Below are positions 34,146-36,025 of a stretch of DNA of 36,025 nucleotides, piece after piece. Source of the stretch: Lenisia limosa (Eukaryota > Protista > Breviatea). The notes beneath the pieces were generated by a model. It saw only the letters and a program-made list of their open reading frames with translations. It did not search any database and was not told where the DNA came from. The position numbers were made by a program, and so were the translations under genes. The first letter of the stretch is position 1. Each line of letters begins with the position of its first letter. The DNA lies in assembly GCA_001655205.1 (NCBI GenBank), contig LPNZ01003397.1, positions 1 to 36,025 on the forward strand, given 5' to 3'.

Positions 34146-35969
34146 ATGGGGGAGCTTGAGTCCGTTGAAGACAAGCTCCACACATCAAACATCCCATTTG
34201 AAGCTATCGAAAAGAATGAGTACGTTAACAAGAAAACAGAGAAGAGTAACCTTGCCAATGAGCATGCTGAGTGCTACTGTGACCCTTCATTTGATACGTG
34301 TGGTCCAGAATGTCTAAACCGTGTACTTAATGTTGAGTAAGAGGGCTTAGAAAAGCATTTCTTAAAAAGTATCGTTTGATCAAGTGTATTGATTCATCTG
34401 GAATACCCAATCCTAATGTGTAGTATTTTCTTGCTGCTAGCTTTGTTAACAGTCAATTGGAAGTCAATATACTCCGTTTTACAATTGAGGTGTATCCCAT
34501 CCATGTGTCCGGTCTGCAAGGCAACAGGTAAGCCATGTGACAACATGCGGCTCAGAAGGAAACAATACCCTGAGGTTGAGGTTGGTTGATTATTGCACTC
34601 CACCATTAACATGCAGGTGAAGGAAGCTGAAGGCAAGGGACGCGGATTGTTCCTTAGTAAGAACTCTGGGGGGCTTGTTTCAGGTGACTTGGTCTACGAG
34701 TATCTTGGAGAGGTCCTCGACTACAAGTCTTTCAAGAAGCGCACCGTCGAATATGAGAGAGAGGTATGTGCCAGGCCAGAATATCTTTACTGCTTAGGGA
34801 AACAGCCACTTCTATTTCATGTCCCTTGATGGTGACCTTGTCATTGACGCAACCAGAAGAGGTGGGACAAGTCACCAACAAAACTTTGGCTGACTCTTTA
34901 GGTTCAATTTCCCGCTTCATTAACCACAGTTGTAACCCCAATTGTGAAACACAGAAATGGGTTGTTAACCAGGTTTGTTTCAAAAGATTAGCCGCATGGC
35001 TATCTACATAGTGATGGCAAATGACCTTCTTAGGAAGTACGAGTGGGCCTGTTCGCCATTACTGACATTGCCCCTGGCACCGAATTTACATTCGATTATC
35101 AATTCGAATCATATGGTGGAGGTTAGTGAAGGCTCCTTGTTACTATGGTCGACAATCACATTTATTGTGGATATTTCTGACGTTGCAGAACCGCAGAAGT
35201 GTTATTGTGGAGAGGACTGCTGTTCGGGCTATATTGGAGGAGTACAGAAGAACAACGCCCAAGTAGGTTGAAGACCATAAGGTGCAACTTATCTCCAGAT
35301 TGCTCGGTTACAAAAGGAAAATCCCAGTCTGTCTGCTGTATTCAGTGACGACAGTGACGACGACATGGAACTAGATAGTGACGAGTCAGGAAATGAGGAA
35401 AGTGACAAGGTTGGGCTTAGGGATTCATTTCGGTTTGATAGTTTTCGAGGATTTATCGAGAAATTCAGTCTTTTATTTCGAACCGTAGATATGCTGTCTT
35501 GAAGTTCCTGTTTATTCTGATTCAACTCATGAAAATAGGATGATTACGACCCCGAAAAGGACATGGAAGTTGCTGCCGGAATCAAGCGAGAAAGGAACAA
35601 TATCAACATTCTCAGCAAGCAAAACACGTATGATGGCTTTCTTAGAGCTTTCTTTGTCACTCTCTTAGGTTCACGGACAAAGAGGTTTTGTTCCTTTACA
35701 GAACACTTTTGAGAACGAACGATTCAGAGTCGAAAAAAATTCTCCTACGGACGTTCCGGGTCAGCTGGGGCTTGGAGTTTTGGGCTTAATACCATCCAAT
35801 TGGAGCTCAGTGTTGTCAGTATCAACTTGGCCTAACCACGACAGCAAGGAGCCGGTCGTCTCTCTGTGGGAGCCGATATTCAGAAGAAAGCTGTGTCGGT
35901 GATGCTAGGGTGGTTCAAGTCAGCAATGGAGGAAAACATGGAGTACACTTACCTCAAGGAGGCTCTCAG
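34146..35969 (+). CDS. SETD2: Set2/SETD2/ASH1-like histone H3K36 methyltransferase (AWS-SET-postSET), continuing beyond the window
   Basis: [32 protein letters not shown]...PCDNMRL. SET GKGRGLF...VYEYLGEV...[66 protein letters not shown]. Post-[18 protein letters not shown]. The following helical region (LYRTLLRT...VMLGWF) resembles the Set2 post-SET helical domain. The domain call is firm; orthology is less so. Confidence 0.8.
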
Positions 35970-36025
35970 GTGGGAGTCAAGCAAAAATCCGCTCCCTTTT
36001 TTTATCTGCACCCCCCCCCCCCCCC

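Noticed and set aside
1-36025. Alternative genetic code or stop-codon readthrough to explain the fragmented ORFs
   Set aside because: Tiny GT-AG introns remove the stops, and TAA, TAG and TGA each end a conserved gene at the expected position.
1-36025. tRNA, rRNA, snoRNA or telomeric repeats
   Set aside because: I could not identify a cloverleaf, rRNA signature, well-formed C/D or H/ACA pair, or TTAGGG array by eye; a covariance-model scan (Infernal, tRNAscan-SE) would be needed to exclude them.

Overview
This is gene-dense, intron-rich eukaryotic nuclear DNA with four N gaps (1540-1623, 4161-4249, 4499-4556, 32310-32377). The ORF track is misleading because most exons are short; hand-splicing at GT...AG introns (mostly about 28-70 nt) recovers 12 genes plus one pseudogene. 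In order: CFAP46-like 3' end (+), ADP-ribosylglycohydrolase-like (-), long Ser/Pro-rich protein (+), unknown protein with IFI44-like motifs (-), acidic BCH/CRAL-TRIO protein (+), DPH7 (-), CEP131 (+), USP5/13 (-), ARM+FYVE protein (+), secreted LamG protein (-), secreted Sushi+RCC1 protein (-), decayed SET-domain duplicate (+), and a Set2/SETD2-like gene (+) cut by the window end. TAA, TAG and TGA all act as stops, so the code is standard. CFAP46 plus CEP131 point to a flagellated protist; I cannot name the taxon. I found no convincing autonomous transposon, RNA gene or CRISPR array. The best candidate for an undescribed system is a family of AT-rich, 5-bp-periodic, self-complementary (ATATC/GATAT/ATAGT) blocks seen mostly in the longer introns. 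All family assignments come from my recall of motifs, not database searches, and exon boundaries are hand-predicted.
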